DNA of 63,622 nt, filler included, from Hyphochytrium catenoides (Eukaryota > Protista > Hyphochytriomycota), in assembly GCA_900088475.1 (NCBI GenBank). It is 6 parts of 6 records of this genome, joined end to end, with 100 filler letters (N's around TTAATTAATTAA, not from the genome) between each part and the next. Parts side by side here need not be neighbours in the genome. Positions count along the whole stretch, not along the records: positions 32,070 to 62,505 come from FLMG01001738.1; positions 62,606 to 63,622 come from FLMG01000877.1; 4 more parts are not named here. One strand, written 5' to 3'. The notes under the pieces were generated by a model. It was not told the DNA's origin. It worked only from the letters and a program-made list of their open reading frames with translations, and made no database searches. A program made the translations under genes and the position numbers. Positions 60,501-63,622 of this stretch are shown here, piece by piece. Each line of letters begins with the position of its first letter. The stretch's first letter is position 1.

Positions 60501-61746
60501 GCCTCATACTCAAAGGGAACTACTTGCTTCTGACATTGTTCTGTGTGAGAGACTTGACCTCGCTCTTTGACTCGCTTGTCTGCGAAGTCGTGCAGTTTCT
60601 TAGGATCGGATATGATGTCAGTGAATTCTTCCAAACCTAGAACGTCCAGAACAATTGGATTGGCAAGTCGTTTGTCATCTGAGTGTTTTTGCAGCCATAC
60701 AGTCGGCAACAAAAATCCTGGGCGACCAGCCTCTGCAATGGCGACTTGTGCTCTCCAAACGATATGTCCTCGTAGAGCTTCTTGAACTTCCCAATTCCAA
60801 TTGATCTAAAGACACAAAGGGCGTCTGAATTATAGACTTGGATGACACCAGGACGCTTACCCCCTGACTTGTAGCCTTTGTGGCCTATCTGTGGGCATTT
60901 TAGGACTTTGACAGTGAAGTCCTTCAGGTCATGGAGCACACGATTACTCTCATTTAATTCCGTATCCATCCACGCCTCTAACGCATTTTCAAGGGCAGTT
61001 GACACCTCTGCGACCGCCTTGGGAGTGAACACTTGGCGAAAAACTCCATTCGGGAAATAAAAAGATCGTGCACCCAGCTCTCCAGATAACTGGTTGAGTG
61101 TGCTGCAATTGAGCGAGAATTGGAAACGAAACGGCGAAGCAAGCGACCTCGTGAGCACACGTTCGACGATGGGCCTAATTGCTAGGTCAAGATGGTGTTT
61201 CCAGTCCTTGTAATGTACACCTCTCTTAAAAGAGAATGTCATACGAGACAAAACTCCGGCCACAGGCTTGCGGAGTGCATCCGTCAGAGATTGGTCAAGC
61301 TGGTCCAAGAAAGCTTCAGACCATAGATCAATATATGTTGTTGCGTGCAAATGACTCAGTGCCAAGAGGAAGTCTTTGTCGGAGTCTCCCGTACGTTCCA
61401 TTAGACCCTGACCGGTAGCATAGTCAACTACGTCTGCCGGTGACTTTGAGCTCTGGGTTGGCGCATGGCATTGGAGGATTTCGGTTGCTACCTCTTGCCT
61501 GTATTGTTCGGTCGCCTGCTCTTCAGAGATCTTCTTTCGGCGTACAATCTTTTGAACGTCGTCTTTTTGGTTTTGTCTCAAAAGCTCTAAATTTCGCTCA
61601 AAGCCATCAGATCTAACATCATCCGTCGTCGGAGAGAACTCCAGTGTAATCTCTCTCGTTTGTTTCATAAAACCAATAATAGTGTTTACCGCGTAAGCAA
61701 GATCTTCAATGGAGTCCGTAGCCATCTGGAGCTTCTTCTTGTTCAT
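57565..61746 (-). pseudogene. Protein-primed family B DNA polymerase (Polinton-type) with N-terminal OTU-like and zinc-finger region; multiple frameshifts and stops
   Basis: In order: GVIQVYNSDALCVFRSI ... ECHFAFI ... CFYC...KHLNIC; ExoI YICFDIES (~60085); ExoII GYNSSRYDL (~59735); KGKLPFNYEY; ExoIII YCLRDVELL (~59390); FINESIYGG; motif A decayed to SLYANSMHPWAM; motif B KLIQNSVYGK (~58460); motif C YTDTDS (~58175); PGKFKLE...FVALGPKL; C-terminal KTLTMCDRKRY...PHG. Confidence 0.9.
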
Positions 61747-61803
61747 GATGTCTAGCTGGTACTTTGCCGGTCTCGATACTTATGCAGTGTTGATAGTACA
61801 CCT

Positions 61804-62241
61804 TCAGCACAAGTTGTCAACGAACTTGACCGTGAATCCCGTAAGCGTTAACTTCGTCTTGGACATTTTTCGTAAACGGTAGTCAATCACCACGGGGATC
61901 CTCTTGTAGTCTGTCGGTTTCATTGCTTTGTCAACTGTAAAACTGTACTGGTCCTTCTGTGCGAGAAAGAACGCTTCGTTGGGGAGTCTTTTGGTAGTGT
62001 ACATTGGCCGATAACCTTGTTCGAGGGCGACTTTGGTAATGACCTTGTTCGCAATCTTCCGTATTTGTTCTTTCTCATCATCTGTTACTTCTCCTTGGCT
62101 GTTTGAAACTTCATTGATAGCTGCAGCGTCTATTCTAGACAGCTCTATGGAGGCTGACCGTACCTTCTTCAGAGCTAGGACTAGCGTAGAGTCGAGTGCC
62201 AGTGTCTCGCACAACTCTACCAGACGCTTGAACGCCGCCAT
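61804..62241 (-). CDS. Hypothetical 145-aa protein of the virus-like element
   Basis: Intact ATG-to-stop intronless ORF 57 nt upstream of and co-oriented with pPolB; natural-looking composition. Confidence 0.65.
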   Translation of the reverse strand: MAAFKRLVELCETLALDSTLVLALKKVRSASIELSRIDAAAINEVSNSQGEVTDDEKEQIRKIANKVITKVALEQGYRPMYTTKRLPNEAFFLAQKDQYSFTVDKAMKPTDYKRIPVVIDYRLRKMSKTKLTLTGFTVKFVDNLC

Positions 62242-63622
62242 TTGGTTGTTAGGTTTGATGTCACTTTGCTTTTGTCAGCTGAAGGGGGTTGGGTATAGTA
62301 TTACCAGACCTAAAGTCTAAAAGGAAAATTTATTTATACCACTCTGATGCCAGGAATCTGGATGAGCTGATGTCTGTAGAACTTAATTGAGTACCTTGTT
62401 TTTGTTTACTGTAACGGGCATATTATTTGACAGGGTGGGCAATTATTATATTATAAAAAGGGAAGAGGAGTTCGCCGCTTCATCTCCTTTAGTGGTTCTC
62501 CCTCCNNNNNNNNNNNNNNNNNNNNNNNNNNNNNNNNNNNNNNNNNNNNTTAATTAATTAANNNNNNNNNNNNNNNNNNNNNNNNNNNNNNNNNNNNNNN
62601 NNNNNTCTGAGGACCATTCTGTCAGAAACCAGAACTACTAAAGAGGTCTATCCTCCTACTATGTTGTCTTACTGTACAAAATCAGAATAAGTATGTTAAA
62701 ATGCCTCTCCTATTCCAAATCAAGCGTAGATGATGTTTGATGGTCTGGAAAAAAGGGCAAATCCACGTTACAACAAATGATGATGATTTTGTGTTCCTGT
62801 ACAACAAAATACTGTAGCAACTAAATAATCTAGGAAGACGGTACCTACAGCTTGATCTATCTTGCAGCCATAGTCGGCACCTTTATACGGGCAGAAGAAG
62901 CAATAAGAACAACAATAGGATGAGACAATAACATACCGTCTCTGAATTCTTGCTGGACCCCCATTGGATAGGATAATAGCGGCCCGTCCACTTCTTCGGT
63001 TCCTGGTGGTTCCTCCTTTGCACCGCACCTGGTAATATTCAATCTTAACACAGTGATTGTCCTCGGAAGATTTAGCAACTAAAGATGCCGGCTTCGACAA
63101 CGGACCATAAGGTGTGACTTTACAAACTCTTAGAGGCGACAGATTGCGTAGCAGATTGTGTAGGAGGTTATCAACGAGGAGAACTCTGCCTTAATTATAA
63201 GACAACTTTTAGCATAATTGACCTACTAATAATGAAGGGTGGAGACTTCGTTGTGGGCTTGCTAATCCCCTTTCTCTTCACTGCTGCAGAAGCGATGACC
63301 AAGTAGACCCTGAGCATTCCTGCCTTTTGTGTGGCAAAGTTTGCTTTTTCGTAATGGGTGAAAAGACCAAGCCTTCGTACCTGCTGCCTTCTCTTCTTCC
63401 TTCTTCTTAGTAGCTTTGAATACATTTTAATAGCCCATAAGTTGGTGATCTGCTGTCTTCTCCGCCTCCTCTGCGGGTGCCCATTATCGTCCAGGACACA
63501 AGAGATTTGTCAAGGCAGCAAGGGTTCAATTGGGTTGCCTGTTATCGCAATCGTCAGCAGGATAAAGGTCCTTGACGGGGCAACTGCTGGCTTATTTATC
63601 GTGAGCACTGCATCTTCCTCTG

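Larger units (their letters stand above)
55593..62300 (-). mobile_element. Decayed Polinton/Maverick-like (virus-like) endogenous element, partial
   Basis: Compact, intronless, microsatellite-free block: 145-aa ORF, then pPolB, then HNH, all on the minus strand. No capsid, ATPase, integrase or TIR seen; the contig ends at the spacer at 62506. Confidence 0.8.

Noticed and set aside
62280-62505. Terminal inverted repeat of the Polinton-like element
   Set aside because: I could not match this flank to the 54.9-55.6 kb flank by eye; element ends remain undefined.
62606-63622. Continuation of the viral element after the spacer
   Set aside because: Lies across an artificial linker and its short ORFs show no capsid, ATPase or integrase motifs.

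Overview
Intron-rich eukaryotic (probably protist, SAR/stramenopile-like by inference) draft-genome window. It is studded with (GA)n/(CT)n microsatellites and split by five artificial 100-nt spacers (N44-TTAATTAATTAA-N44), so adjacency across those spacers is unproven. Housekeeping genes: IF2-like GTPase, ERdj3-type DnaJ, ARPC2, tRNA-Lys(CUU), METTL21-type methyltransferase, valyl-tRNA synthetase and insulysin. Accessory genes: an intronless secreted AA11-type lytic polysaccharide monooxygenase with an unrecognised Cys-rich tail, a NimA/pyridoxamine-oxidase-like flavoprotein, a stand-alone PARP-type zinc finger, an MFS transporter fused in one ORF to a DUF1232/YkvA domain, and a two-module multipass membrane protein. 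The most striking feature is a decayed, intronless virus-like (Polinton/Maverick-type) insertion at ~55.6-62.3 kb. It carries a frameshifted protein-primed family B DNA polymerase with an N-terminal OTU-like/zinc-finger region, which apparently runs on into a Cys/His-rich HNH endonuclease. The HNH active site is split by a nested hAT transposon (8-bp TSD) and can be rebuilt by removing the transposon. A hAT-type MITE sits in one copy of a tandem duplication, and the other copy preserves the empty site.
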